Source: an uncultured Chloroflexia bacterium
GTDB lineage: Bacteria > Chloroflexota > Anaerolineae > CG2-30-64-16
Assembly: GCA_963810095.1 (NCBI GenBank)
Contig: CAWEMM010000001.1
Coordinates: 1 to 64,000 of the forward strand
DNA length: 64,000 nt
Direction of reading: 5' to 3'
Part shown: positions 26,469 through 35,773 of the stretch, in pieces
Layout of the letters: each line of letters starts with the position of its first letter
How positions within the stretch are numbered: the stretch's first letter is position 1
Position numbers and translations under genes: made by a program
Notes under the pieces: generated by a model
What the model was told of the DNA's origin: nothing
The model's input: only the letters and a program-made list of their open reading frames with translations
Database searches by the model: none

Positions 26469-27929
26469 GTGACTGCGCCCACCCCGCCCTCTACGTCGCC
26501 CTCGATCCATCTCGTGCTGGTGCGGCACGGCGAGTCGCTGCATAACCGCGACGGCGAGAAGGTCAATGTGGACAGCGGCCTCACCGAGCTGGGCTGGCGG
26601 CAGGCGCACGCGGTGGCTGCCTGGCTAGCTCCGCGCTACCGCCCCGACCAACTGTTCTCCAGCACGCTCGTCCGTGCGCGCCAGACGGCCGACGTGATCG
26701 GCACGCGGCTGAACCTCCCCGTGGTCATGAACGAAGGTCTCGAAGAAGCCGAATTCCAGTATTGGGAGGAGCTCCCGTATCGCTGGCAGCGGCCGCTCGA
26801 CCCGTGGCGTGACCAATGGCAGCCAGACTCCGACGCCTCCCCCCTCTACGCGAGCTTCAGAGCGCGGGTGCGCGACGCGCTCGCCCAGATCATCCGTGAC
26901 CTGCCGCCCGAACGTACAAGCGCTACTTTGGTGCTGGTGACGCACGGAGGCGTGATCGGAACGCTCATGCGCGGCCTGTTCGGTGGCCATCATGTCGCCG
27001 TGCACACCGCGAACACGGGCATCACGCAGTTCTCCTGGGAACTCAACCATTGGCGGCTGGTGTTCCACAACCAGACGAGCCACCTCGACACGCTCATTCC
27101 CGCTCGCGCAACTGCACCTCCCGCGGGCCAACCGGCCGCCCCCTGGACGAACGGCCAGACCGCGCCCGCCATCCTGAAGCACTATCAGCGGGTCGCAGCG
27201 GCGCCGCCGATCAGCGACCCCGGCGAACGCGAACTGCGCGAGTTGGTGCGGTTGGCGGCGCCGAATGGCGACGAGCGGGTGCTCGATGTGGCAACCGGGA
27301 CGGGCAAGATCGCGCTGGCTTTCGCCCCGCGTGTCGGCTCGGTGACGGGGGTCGATCTCTCACCGGCCATGCTCGAGCGCGCCGAGGCCGCCCGTTCGGC
27401 GGCCGGCCTTGCGAACGTGCACTTCCGCTTGGGCGAGATCGGTGTCCTGCCTCTGGAAGACGGCGTCTACGACATCGTCGCCAGCCATAACCTCGTGCAG
27501 TACGTGCTCGACGTTCCCGGCCTGTTTGCGCTCTTCCGGCGGCTGCTTGCACCTGACGGCCGCCTCGCCATCGACGAACTGATCGGGAGCGATGACCCGG
27601 TCAAGCGGGCCACGATGGCCGAGATCATGCTGCGGCGGGACCCGGGCGTCAACGATGTCCTGAGCGCGGGGGAGATCGAAGCGGCTCTGAAGGCAGCGGG
27701 GTTCCGCATCCTCAAGACGGAGCGTTACGCGCTGAATCGCGAGGTCGATGAGTGGCTGACCCGGGGCGCCGCCGACGAGGCCACCCGGGGCGCGGTGCAC
27801 TCCATGATCGAAGCCGGACTCGACGCAGACTCGGCGGGACTCAACGCGCGCCGGGCGCACGACGGCAACATCGCGTTCACCGAGAACCGGATGCGGCTGT
27901 TGGCGGAAGTCCAGGCACGTCCGGGCTAG
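26469..27929 (+). CDS. Histidine phosphatase - class I SAM methyltransferase fusion
   Basis: LVRHGES, RARQTA and VTHGG, followed in the same frame by VLDVATGTG and GVDLSPAML. Confidence 0.85.
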   Translation: MTAPTPPSTSPSIHLVLVRHGESLHNRDGEKVNVDSGLTELGWRQAHAVAAWLAPRYRPDQLFSSTLVRARQTADVIGTRLNLPVVMNEGLEEAEFQYWEELPYRWQRPLDPWRDQWQPDSDASPLYASFRARVRDALAQIIRDLPPERTSATLVLVTHGGVIGTLMRGLFGGHHVAVHTANTGITQFSWELNHWRLVFHNQTSHLDTLIPARATAPPAGQPAAPWTNGQTAPAILKHYQRVAAAPPISDPGERELRELVRLAAPNGDERVLDVATGTGKIALAFAPRVGSVTGVDLSPAMLERAEAARSAAGLANVHFRLGEIGVLPLEDGVYDIVASHNLVQYVLDVPGLFALFRRLLAPDGRLAIDELIGSDDPVKRATMAEIMLRRDPGVNDVLSAGEIEAALKAAGFRILKTERYALNREVDEWLTRGAADEATRGAVHSMIEAGLDADSAGLNARRAHDGNIAFTENRMRLLAEVQARPG

Positions 27930-27945
27930 AGTTCGAAAAACCTGA

Positions 27946-28971
27946 TCAGCGCACGAGGTCGAGCAGGCCCCGTAGGATGCGGTCGATGAAGCCGGGGTCG
28001 GGCGTGGCGGAGGGCGTGGGGGCAGGCGCAAGCGGCAGAATGGGAGTCAGGTTCGGCCGTGGGGTGCGCGCCAGTGTCGGCCGGGCCGTCGGCGCAACGA
28101 GGGTTGCCGGCGCTGCCAGCGGCGAGTCAAACGTGGTGCTTAGCACCTGGGTCGCCGTGGGCGTCGCCGCGATCGACGCGAGGATTTCGCCGCCCGCACG
28201 ACCCAGGGCAACCTCCGTCGGCGTCGGCGTTGCCGCGTTTGGCTCCCCCTCGCTGGGCGACGTGATCGGCGTTGGCGTCACGATGATCGGCGTCAGCGGC
28301 GGCGGCCAGATCGCCGTCGGCGTGGGTGGGACCGGTGTGGCGACCGGCGCGGACTGCACAGGCTGCGGCACTAACGGGACGGGCATCCGGGTGGGCCAGG
28401 CGGTCGGGGCGCCTTCTGCGGCCGCAACGGCCGGGGTGGGCGTCGGCGGGCTGATGACGACGTCCTCGGGCGCAACTGCGAAGGGTGTCGGGATTCGGTT
28501 CACCTGCTTGCCGGGCGCAAGATCAGCGGGGTCCTCGAACACGATGACGCCGTCGAGCGGCCGGTTCATGCCCCAGTACTGGCCGACCTCGTAGCTGACG
28601 TCGACCACCCAGTTGCGGTCCAGGAGCGGTTGAACGTCCTGGCGGCGGGCGCAGTCGATCACGAGGAATGGCCCGACGGGGTCGCCGCCCGGCGGCTGGA
28701 GCCAGACCTTGCGGCCGATGTCGCCGGCGCGCAGCAGCGCCACGGTTCCGACGCACTCGGGACACGGGTCGATGTCCAGAACCGACACCCGGTACGCGAG
28801 CACTTTTTCCATCATGCCTGGATTGTAGTAGGTCGCCAGACCCTGTTGGGGCAGCGGCGTGCGCTCCCAGTAGCTGAACTCGGGCGCCTGCGCCCGCGCA
28901 CCAACGGCCGCAACGAGGACGAGCAGGGCGGCGAGGACGTATCGTCGAGATCTGGCCAGAAATCGTGTCAT
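27946..28971 (-). CDS. Secreted protein with RlpA/DPBB-like domain and long Pro/Thr-rich tail
   Basis: Signal peptide; GLATYY...FLVIDC...VVDVS; PT repeats. Confidence 0.65.
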   Translation of the reverse strand: MTRFLARSRRYVLAALLVLVAAVGARAQAPEFSYWERTPLPQQGLATYYNPGMMEKVLAYRVSVLDIDPCPECVGTVALLRAGDIGRKVWLQPPGGDPVGPFLVIDCARRQDVQPLLDRNWVVDVSYEVGQYWGMNRPLDGVIVFEDPADLAPGKQVNRIPTPFAVAPEDVVISPPTPTPAVAAAEGAPTAWPTRMPVPLVPQPVQSAPVATPVPPTPTAIWPPPLTPIIVTPTPITSPSEGEPNAATPTPTEVALGRAGGEILASIAATPTATQVLSTTFDSPLAAPATLVAPTARPTLARTPRPNLTPILPLAPAPTPSATPDPGFIDRILRGLLDLVR

Positions 28972-29072
28972 TCGGGGTCGCACGCACGCGGATGCGGCAA
29001 CCAGGATAGCCGCCGCGACCGCTCTTGCGCCTCCATTATATCAAAGGCCGTATTGCGTGCAAGGCCGGCGAA

Positions 29073-29154
29073 TTTAACCACAAGGTCGCCAGGGCACGAA
29101 GAGTCACAAAGTAGAAGGCTTCGTCCTGTGTGCCCTGGTGTCCTTGTGGTGAAA
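29073..29154. repeat. ~80-bp periodic palindromic element, family B
   Basis: TTTAACCACAAGG..CCAGGGCAC ... GTGCCCTGG..CCTTGTGGTGAAA; recurring CAC.AAG units. Confidence 0.7.
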
Positions 29155-29189
29155 GCCCCCTTGTTCGCAGAGCCGGATCGGTTGTAAGG

Positions 29190-30149
29190 ATGCGTCTGGG
29201 ATTCGTCGTCAAGCCGCTGGCGCGGCCCGAACTGAAGAGCCACGACAGCAGGCGCTGGCAGAACCAACCGCACCTCAGCGTCAGCCTGGCCTACCTGCGC
29301 GACGTATTCGGCTACCTGGCGTCCGCCGGCATTACCATGTACCGCATGTCCTCAGACCTGGCCCCCTATGCGACCCACCCCGGCATGCCCCAATTCCACG
29401 GGCAGGTGGCGCAGAGCGCGGTCGAGTTGGCAGAAGTGGGCGCGCTGGCGAAGCAGGCAGGGCTTCGGCTTTCCTTTCACACGGTGGCAGCCACCGTGAT
29501 CAATGCGCCCGACCCGCAGGTCGCCGCCAATTCGGCGGCCGATCTCGGGGTGCTTGCCGCCATTCTCGACGCCATGGGCATGGGGCCAGAATCCGTCGTC
29601 GTGACCCACATCGGCGGGGTGTACGGTTCGCCGGACGCCGCTCGCGAGCGATGCGTCCAAGCCATTGACGCTCTGTCGCCCGCAACACGTTCCCGCCTTG
29701 CGCTCGAAAATGATGATGTCCGTTTTGGCGTCGCCGATGCTCTGTGGGTGCACGCGGCCACCGGCGTGCCGCTGGTGTTCGACCGCCTGCACCACCGGCT
29801 CAAGGGTGGGGACACGATGAGCGATCGCGATGCGTTGGCCGCCTGCCTGGCGACCTGGCCCGCAGGTGTGCGGCCGAAGATCCATTGGAGCACCCCGCGA
29901 ACCGAATGGCTTGTCGAAGACCAGGCTGGAAGCGAGACGCCGAAAGTAACCCGCACACGCTGGATGTACCACGCAGATTACGTCAACCCGTTCGAGATCA
30001 TCGACTTTCTGCGTAACGCAGCCGGCCTCCCGACGTTCGATATCATGCTGGAGGTACGCGCCAAGGACCTCGCGCTGATCCAGCTCCGCCGGGACCTGGC
30101 CCGGTATGCGCCCGATCTGGCGGAGGCGCTTGAACCACTCACCCCATAG
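29190..30149 (+). CDS. uvsE: UV DNA damage endonuclease
   Basis: MRLGF, MYRMSSDL, LRLSFH, LALENDD, PLVFD..HH, PKIHWS, HADY and DIMLEVRAKD motifs. Confidence 0.9.
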   Translation: MRLGFVVKPLARPELKSHDSRRWQNQPHLSVSLAYLRDVFGYLASAGITMYRMSSDLAPYATHPGMPQFHGQVAQSAVELAEVGALAKQAGLRLSFHTVAATVINAPDPQVAANSAADLGVLAAILDAMGMGPESVVVTHIGGVYGSPDAARERCVQAIDALSPATRSRLALENDDVRFGVADALWVHAATGVPLVFDRLHHRLKGGDTMSDRDALAACLATWPAGVRPKIHWSTPRTEWLVEDQAGSETPKVTRTRWMYHADYVNPFEIIDFLRNAAGLPTFDIMLEVRAKDLALIQLRRDLARYAPDLAEALEPLTP

Positions 30150-30164
30150 CCAAGAGGAAGCTTC

Positions 30165-31058
30165 ATGTCCCTGCAGCGACCCGCAGTGCGGCGGCGGCCC
30201 GCAGTGTGTGCCGGCCGGCTGGCTTTTGTTCCAGACCGCGCCTCCGTCCTGATCCCGATCTCACTCTTCGTCGTCACGCTTGTCACGTGGTTGACCTGGT
30301 TGCCCCCGCCGGTGCACGCCGGCTCGTCCGCGCCCGACGACGTTAGCGCGGCGGGCCGGAAGCGCACGTTTCTTGCCCTGATCCAGGCAAGCAAGCCCCG
30401 CACGACGACCGGCGCAAGCTACACGGCCATCCCCATTCCACCTCCGCCCACTGACCGGCCGGCAGCGAAGCACGGTGACCTGAACCTGGGGCTGCGGGGG
30501 TACACCGCGACCTCGGCGCCGCTCAACCTCCAAGACTACAACGGAGACCTGGACGGGGGCGCACCCCAGATGCCGGGTATCTTTGCAGACAACCGCACCC
30601 CTCGCTTCACGAGCGTCCACCGCGTCAATGACTGGAACTGGGACTGCGGTACGGATGGCTGCCGCGGCAACCCGCTAACCGACTTTCCCGTCACGCTGCT
30701 GGGGCTGGCCACCCAGCCCGGCGAGCTGCTGGCCGCGCCCCGCCGGGCCGCGGAGATCTACGGCGGGGGCTATGTCGCGGTGGTGCTCTACGCCGAGGCG
30801 GCACGGTTGACGCTGAAGTACACGCGTGAGGACAACGTCGTCTGGGGTTATACCGTCCATCTCGAGAAACTGACGGTCGATGCGAAACTGGTCGAGCTCT
30901 ATCGGCAGGCAGACGCAGCGGGGCGTGCGCAGTTGCCCGCGCTGAAAAACGGTCAGCCGCTGGGGCTGGCCTCGGGCGACGAAGTGTTGGTAGCCATCCG
31001 CGACTGCGGCAAATTCATGGACCCCCGCTCGCGCAAGGACTGGTGGCAGGGCCGCTGA
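30165..31058 (+). CDS. Secreted hypothetical protein with a TFLALI motif after the signal peptide
   Basis: Signal peptide ending PVHA; conserved-looking C-terminus FMDPRSRKDWWQGR; GAGG RBS. Confidence 0.6.
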   Translation: MSLQRPAVRRRPAVCAGRLAFVPDRASVLIPISLFVVTLVTWLTWLPPPVHAGSSAPDDVSAAGRKRTFLALIQASKPRTTTGASYTAIPIPPPPTDRPAAKHGDLNLGLRGYTATSAPLNLQDYNGDLDGGAPQMPGIFADNRTPRFTSVHRVNDWNWDCGTDGCRGNPLTDFPVTLLGLATQPGELLAAPRRAAEIYGGGYVAVVLYAEAARLTLKYTREDNVVWGYTVHLEKLTVDAKLVELYRQADAAGRAQLPALKNGQPLGLASGDEVLVAIRDCGKFMDPRSRKDWWQGR

Positions 31059-31137
31059 AGTCCTGTGTCGAGACTACGGCGGACGGGAGGACCGGCTTTC
31101 TAGCAGAATCCCGGTTCATTCGCTATAATCCATCGCC

Positions 31138-31905
31138 GTGAGCCACATGACACCTCCGGAGAGCCCTTTCTCTGACGCGCCTGCCGACGCACCCGTCCTT
31201 GTTGCGGTGATCAACAACCCTGCGGACCTCGAACGAGCTCGCTCGCAGGGCTGGTACCGGATCCCACTGGCTCATGCGCCCGGCCGCATTGGCGCCGACT
31301 TCCTTGCCTTCTACCAGACCGCGGCATTCCCGCCCGGCGAACGCTGGGCCGTGCGCTGTATCGCCCCTGTCACGGGCTATTACCTGGCCACTCGGCGCGA
31401 GCTGATCCCCGAGGAGCCGGATCACACGCGCGCGGACGAGCGGTATTACCGGGTGAGCCTGGGCGAGCTGATTCCCCTGCCCCGCCCGGTGCCGAGCCGC
31501 CGGTTACGGCGCATCACGTTCATACGCACCACCCTCGGCCGCGTGCTCGACGCGCAGGAGATCAACGACCTGTACATCCGAACCCCGGCCCAGGAGCGGC
31601 TGTGGCAGGCGCTGCAGGAAGCCGGGCTGGCCGACCAGGTCGAGCACGACTACCCCCTCGCCGACGACCTTCCGTATACGGCCGACTTCGCGGTGTTTGT
31701 CGAGGGCGCAACTCAGCCGGACGAGCGCATCGCCATAATCACGGTTGACGGCCAGCAGGCCCTGGACGATTGCATTCGCGAGCGGGCTCCCCTCGACTAT
31801 TCACTGGCTCGCGGGGGCTGGCACGCCATCTTTGTAGATTCTGGGGTAGGCGCCTCCGTCGCGCAGTGCGTGGAGGCGATTCGCAGACTGCGCATCCAGA
31901 CGTAG
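31138..31905 (+). CDS. EVE/PUA-like N-domain plus degenerate DUF559/Vsr-like nuclease domain
   Basis: LVAVINNPADL..ARSQGWYRIP and LAFYQT; C-terminal QERLWQAL..YTADFAVF..IITVDG; TATAAT 8 nt before GTG. Confidence 0.6.
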   Translation: MSHMTPPESPFSDAPADAPVLVAVINNPADLERARSQGWYRIPLAHAPGRIGADFLAFYQTAAFPPGERWAVRCIAPVTGYYLATRRELIPEEPDHTRADERYYRVSLGELIPLPRPVPSRRLRRITFIRTTLGRVLDAQEINDLYIRTPAQERLWQALQEAGLADQVEHDYPLADDLPYTADFAVFVEGATQPDERIAIITVDGQQALDDCIRERAPLDYSLARGGWHAIFVDSGVGASVAQCVEAIRRLRIQT

Positions 31906-31944
31906 GGTATCGACCCACTCGCATCACTCGCAGCGAAGGCTCTT

Positions 31945-33096
31945 ATGACGACAGATTTCGATCAGCTTATCGAACGCCGGGGCACCGACAGCGTTAAGTG
32001 GCAGTGGTACGGCGACGCCATCCCGATGTGGGTCGCCGACATGGATTTCCTCGCTCCCGAGCCGGTCATCGCCGCGCTCCAGGCGCGCGTTTCGCACGGG
32101 ATCTTTGGCTATGCGAACGAGCCCGCCGACCTGCGCGAGGTGCTGCAGGCGTGGCTGTTGCGCCGGTTCGACTGGCGGGTGGCGGCAGAAGCGCTCGTCT
32201 TCACACCCGGCGTCGTGACCGCTTTCAACGTTGCATGCCGGGCCTTCTGCACGCCCGGCGATGGCGTCCTCGTGCAGGCGCCCGTCTACCCGCCGATGCG
32301 CACCGCACCGGCCAACTTCGACCTGGTCTGCGACGAGATGGAGTTGACCCGGGGCGCGGACGGGCGCTACTGGGTCGATCTTGAGCGCATGAACGCGACG
32401 ATCACGGACCGGACGAAGCTGTTCATGCTCTGCAACCCGCACAACCCCACCGGAAGGGCATTCACCGGCGAAGAACTCACACGGATGGCCGAGGTGAGCT
32501 TGCGTCGCGGGCTGGTGATCTGCTCCGACGAGATCCACTGCGACCTAATTTACGCCCCGAACCGGCATCTCCCGGTCGCCAGCCTGGCGCCCGAGATTGC
32601 CCGCCGCACGGTCACGATCATGGCGCCCAGCAAAACCTTCAACATTCCGGGACTGGGCTTCTCGTTCGCGATTATCGAGGACGCCGCGCTGCGCAAGCAG
32701 TATAAAGCGGCGGGCCGCGACATCGTGCCGCACATCAACGCCATGGGCTACACCGCTGCGCTGGCCGCGTACACGGAGGGCGAGCCGTGGCTGTCCGAGT
32801 GCATCGCCTATCTGCAGGCCAACCGCGACTTCCTCGCGCAGTTTGTTGCGGAGCGGATGCCCGGCGTGCGCATGGCTGTGCCCGAAGCCACCTACCTGGC
32901 CTGGCTCGACTTCAGCGGCGCGCAGCTGGGCGAGGACCCACACAAGTTCTTCCTGAAGCACGCCGGCGTCGCGCTGAACGAAGGCGGGCCGTTCGGACCC
33001 GGAAGCGACGGTTTTGCACGCCTGAACTTTGCCTGCCCCCGCAGCCTCCTCGTCGAGGCGTTGGAGAAGATGGCGACGGCCATGCAGGCAGCCTAG
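31945..33096 (+). CDS. PatB/MalY-family C-S lyase (cystathionine beta-lyase)
   Basis: PMWVADMDF, LCNPHNPTG, SDEIHCD, APSKTFNIPGL and ATYLAWLD motifs. Confidence 0.92.
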   Translation: MTTDFDQLIERRGTDSVKWQWYGDAIPMWVADMDFLAPEPVIAALQARVSHGIFGYANEPADLREVLQAWLLRRFDWRVAAEALVFTPGVVTAFNVACRAFCTPGDGVLVQAPVYPPMRTAPANFDLVCDEMELTRGADGRYWVDLERMNATITDRTKLFMLCNPHNPTGRAFTGEELTRMAEVSLRRGLVICSDEIHCDLIYAPNRHLPVASLAPEIARRTVTIMAPSKTFNIPGLGFSFAIIEDAALRKQYKAAGRDIVPHINAMGYTAALAAYTEGEPWLSECIAYLQANRDFLAQFVAERMPGVRMAVPEATYLAWLDFSGAQLGEDPHKFFLKHAGVALNEGGPFGPGSDGFARLNFACPRSLLVEALEKMATAMQAA

Positions 33097-33209
33097 GGAA
33101 TTCGACCACGGAGACCCACAACGACGAGAAGGCGCGACGTTGCTTCGCGGCCCTTTGTGGCAGCGTATCGTTGTAGTGGGTCCGAGTCACAGCCGTATAG
33201 CCGCCGGTT

Positions 33210-33238
33210 TTGACACGCACTCCCCGCCGTGCTATACT
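33210..33238 (+). promoter_or_regulatory. Sigma70 promoter of the tRNA cluster
   Basis: TTGACA-17-TATACT. Confidence 0.85.
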
Positions 33239-33284
33239 GCGCCTCGCAGTGGGATGAGGGTGCCGTTGCGCGGCAAGCGTTCCC

Positions 33285-33372
<88 letters not shown>

Positions 33373-33423
33373 GGTTCACCCCAGGCGGCCTGCGGTGTCC
33401 CGGCGTCCAGCCGTGGCGAATAG

Positions 33424-33516
33424 GGGGAGGTCGCATAGCTTGGTTTAGTGCGCCCGCCTGCTAAGTGGGTATAGAGGACTTAACCTCTATCGCGGGTTCA
33501 AATCCCGCCCTCCCCG
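33424..33516 (+). tRNA. tRNA-Ser(GCT)
   Basis: Acceptor GGGGAGG/CCTCCCC, anticodon loop CT-GCT-AA, long variable arm, GGTTCAAATCC. Confidence 0.93.
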
Positions 33517-33561
33517 CCTGGCCTTGACGGGCTTGCCCGTACGGGCTAACAACTTCATCGG

Positions 33562-33634
33562 GTCCCAGTAGCTCAGCGGATAGAGCGCTACCCTGCGGAG
33601 GTAGAGGCCGAGCGTTCAAATCGCTCCTGGGATA
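33562..33634 (+). tRNA. tRNA-Arg(GCG)
   Basis: GTAGCTCAGCGGATAGAGC D-arm; anticodon arm CTACC-CTGCGGA-GGTAG; GTTCAAATC. Confidence 0.9.
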
Positions 33635-33642
33635 CCTGAGCC

Positions 33643-33677
33643 GGGGCGATCGCCGAAAGGCGGTCGCCTCTTTTTTG
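33643..33677 (+). terminator. Intrinsic terminator of the tRNA operon
   Basis: GGGGCGATCGCC-GAAA-GGCGGTCGCCTC followed by TTTTTT. Confidence 0.85.
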
Positions 33678-33685
33678 AGTGTTGG

Positions 33686-33731
33686 GACCTCCGAGGTCTG
33701 GCCGCTACACAGTGGCGTATCCTCGGAGGTC
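33686..33731. repeat. REP-like inverted doublet, family C copy 2
   Basis: GACCTCCGAGGT ... TCCTCGGAGGTC around a small hairpin. Confidence 0.7.
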
Positions 33732-33754
33732 TTGCTTTCGCGAGGGAAAATACT

Positions 33755-35643
33755 GTGTCAAACGAAGAAATCAATGCGGGAGTCGCGGCGGAAGATACTT
33801 TCGACTCGTTGGGTCTCAACGAGTCGATCCAGCGCGGCCTGAGCGAGTTGGGCTACGAAGCACCCACGCCCATCCAGCGCCAGACGATCCCGCTCCTGCT
33901 GGCCGGCCGCGATGTGGTGGGGCAGGCGCAGACAGGCACCGGCAAAACTGCCGCGTTCGCCCTGCCGGTCCTGCAAAACCTTGATCTGGGCCTCAACGCC
34001 GTGCAGGCGCTCATCCTGACGCCCACCCGCGAGCTTGCGCTCCAGGTGGCCGAGGCCTTTCACGCGTACGCCCGCTACCTGGGCCGGGTCAGGGTGCTGC
34101 CGGTGTACGGCGGACAGGCGATCCAGGCGCAGTTGGTGCGCCTGCACTCGGGCGTGCAAATCATCGTCGGCACGCCAGGCCGGGTGATGGACCACCTGCG
34201 CCGGGGCACGCTGGACTTTTCGAGCCTGAAGACCGTCGTGCTGGACGAGGGCGACGAGATGCTGCGGATGGGGTTCGTCGACGATATCGAATGGATCCTC
34301 GCGCAGGCGCCGGAAGGAATCCAGAAGGCCCTGTTCTCGGCGACGATGCCCGAGGAAATCAGGCGAATTGCCGACCGTTATCTGCATGATCCGGCCAGCA
34401 TTCAAACGGTTCAGCGCACGCTCACCGTGCCTACAGTCGAGCAGCGGTACGTCCTGGTGCCCGAGTCTGCCAAGCTCGAAGCGCTGGCACAGATCCTCGA
34501 GCTCGAAGGGACGCCCGGCGAAGGCGTGCTCGTTTTCACGCGGACCAAGACGGCCGCGGCCGAGCTGGCCGAGCGACTGAACGCCCGCGGGTACGCGGCC
34601 GAAGCGCTGCACGGCGACCTGAACCAAGCCCAGCGTGAGAACGTGATCCGCCGTCTGCGCAGCGGTCAACTGGACCTGGTTACTGCAACCGATGTGGCCG
34701 CCCGCGGGTTGGACGTCGAGCGCATCGGGCTCGTGGTCAACTACCACATGCCCTACGATCCCGAGTGGTACGTCCACCGTATCGGCCGCACGGCCCGGGC
34801 GGGCCGGGCAGGTCGTGCGGTCCTCTTCGTGACCCCCGCGAGCAGCGCCTCTTGCGTGACATCGAACGCTTTACGGGACAGAAGATCAAGCCGAGTAAAC
34901 TGCCGACCCATGCGGACGTCGCCGAGCGACGGGTCGCGCTCTTCAAGCAGCAGATCGTGGACAGCCTCGAAGGCGAAGATCTGGACTTGTACCTGACCCT
35001 CGTCGGCCAGGTGGCCGAGGAAACCGGCCGGGACATTGCCGAGGTCGCCGCCGCGGCCGCCCGCCTCGCCCGAGGCGACAAGCCGCTGACGCTGGCAGTC
35101 CAGGAGCAGCCGGCCGATCTCGCGCCGTCCGAGGACGGCATGGTGCGCCTCGTGATCGATGCAGGCCGCGAGCAGGGTGTGCGGGCAGGCGACATCGTGG
35201 GTGCGATCGCCAACGAGGCAGATATCCCCGGCAAGGCGATCGGCGCAATCGACATCTACGACCGGTTCACGTTCGTGGAGGTGCCGCAGGAGTACCGGGA
35301 GGCCGTTCTGACGGCGATGGCCGGCGCGGAGATCCGCCGCATGCCGGTGAACGTGCGCCTGGCGGTCGCGCGTGACGTGGCCGAAGCGCCGGCGCGACCG
35401 GAACGGCCGCCCCGCGGCGCCCATCCGCCCTTCGGCGACGCCCGCCGGCACGGGCCGTACGGGGAGGGCGGGCACGGCGGCCCCTGGCCGGCCCCGGCTG
35501 CCGCGGGAACGCGAGCGGGACGATCGCAGCCAGGGCGAGCGACGGCCCTACCCGCCTGCGGGCGCGGCCCGACGAGCCGGCCGTCCGGCGGCTGGAAGCC
35601 GCGGCCTGGCGGCAAGCCGGAGCGGCCGCCGCACAAGAAGTAG
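33755..35643 (+). CDS. deaD: DEAD-box RNA helicase DeaD/CsdA with DbpA RNA-binding domain (missing base near 34836)
   Basis: AQTGTGKT, PTRELA, TPGR, DEGD, SAT, ARGLD and HRIGRTARAG motifs; next frame GDIVGAIANEA..IGAIDI. Confidence 0.9.
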
Positions 35644-35713
35644 CGCGCACTTCGCCGGCCCACCGACCGCCCGAACGGCCAGCCGAAGGAGCCCGCCATC
35701 GACTATTGCTATG

Positions 35714-35749
35714 AAAAACAGCGGAGCACTTCGGCTCCGCTGTTTCTTT
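35714..35749. terminator. Bidirectional intrinsic terminator between deaD and serS
   Basis: AAAAACAGCGGAGC-ACTTCG-GCTCCGCTGTTTCTTT. Confidence 0.8.
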
Positions 35750-35773
35750 GTCTGTTTCGGCCGAGCCGCGCGG

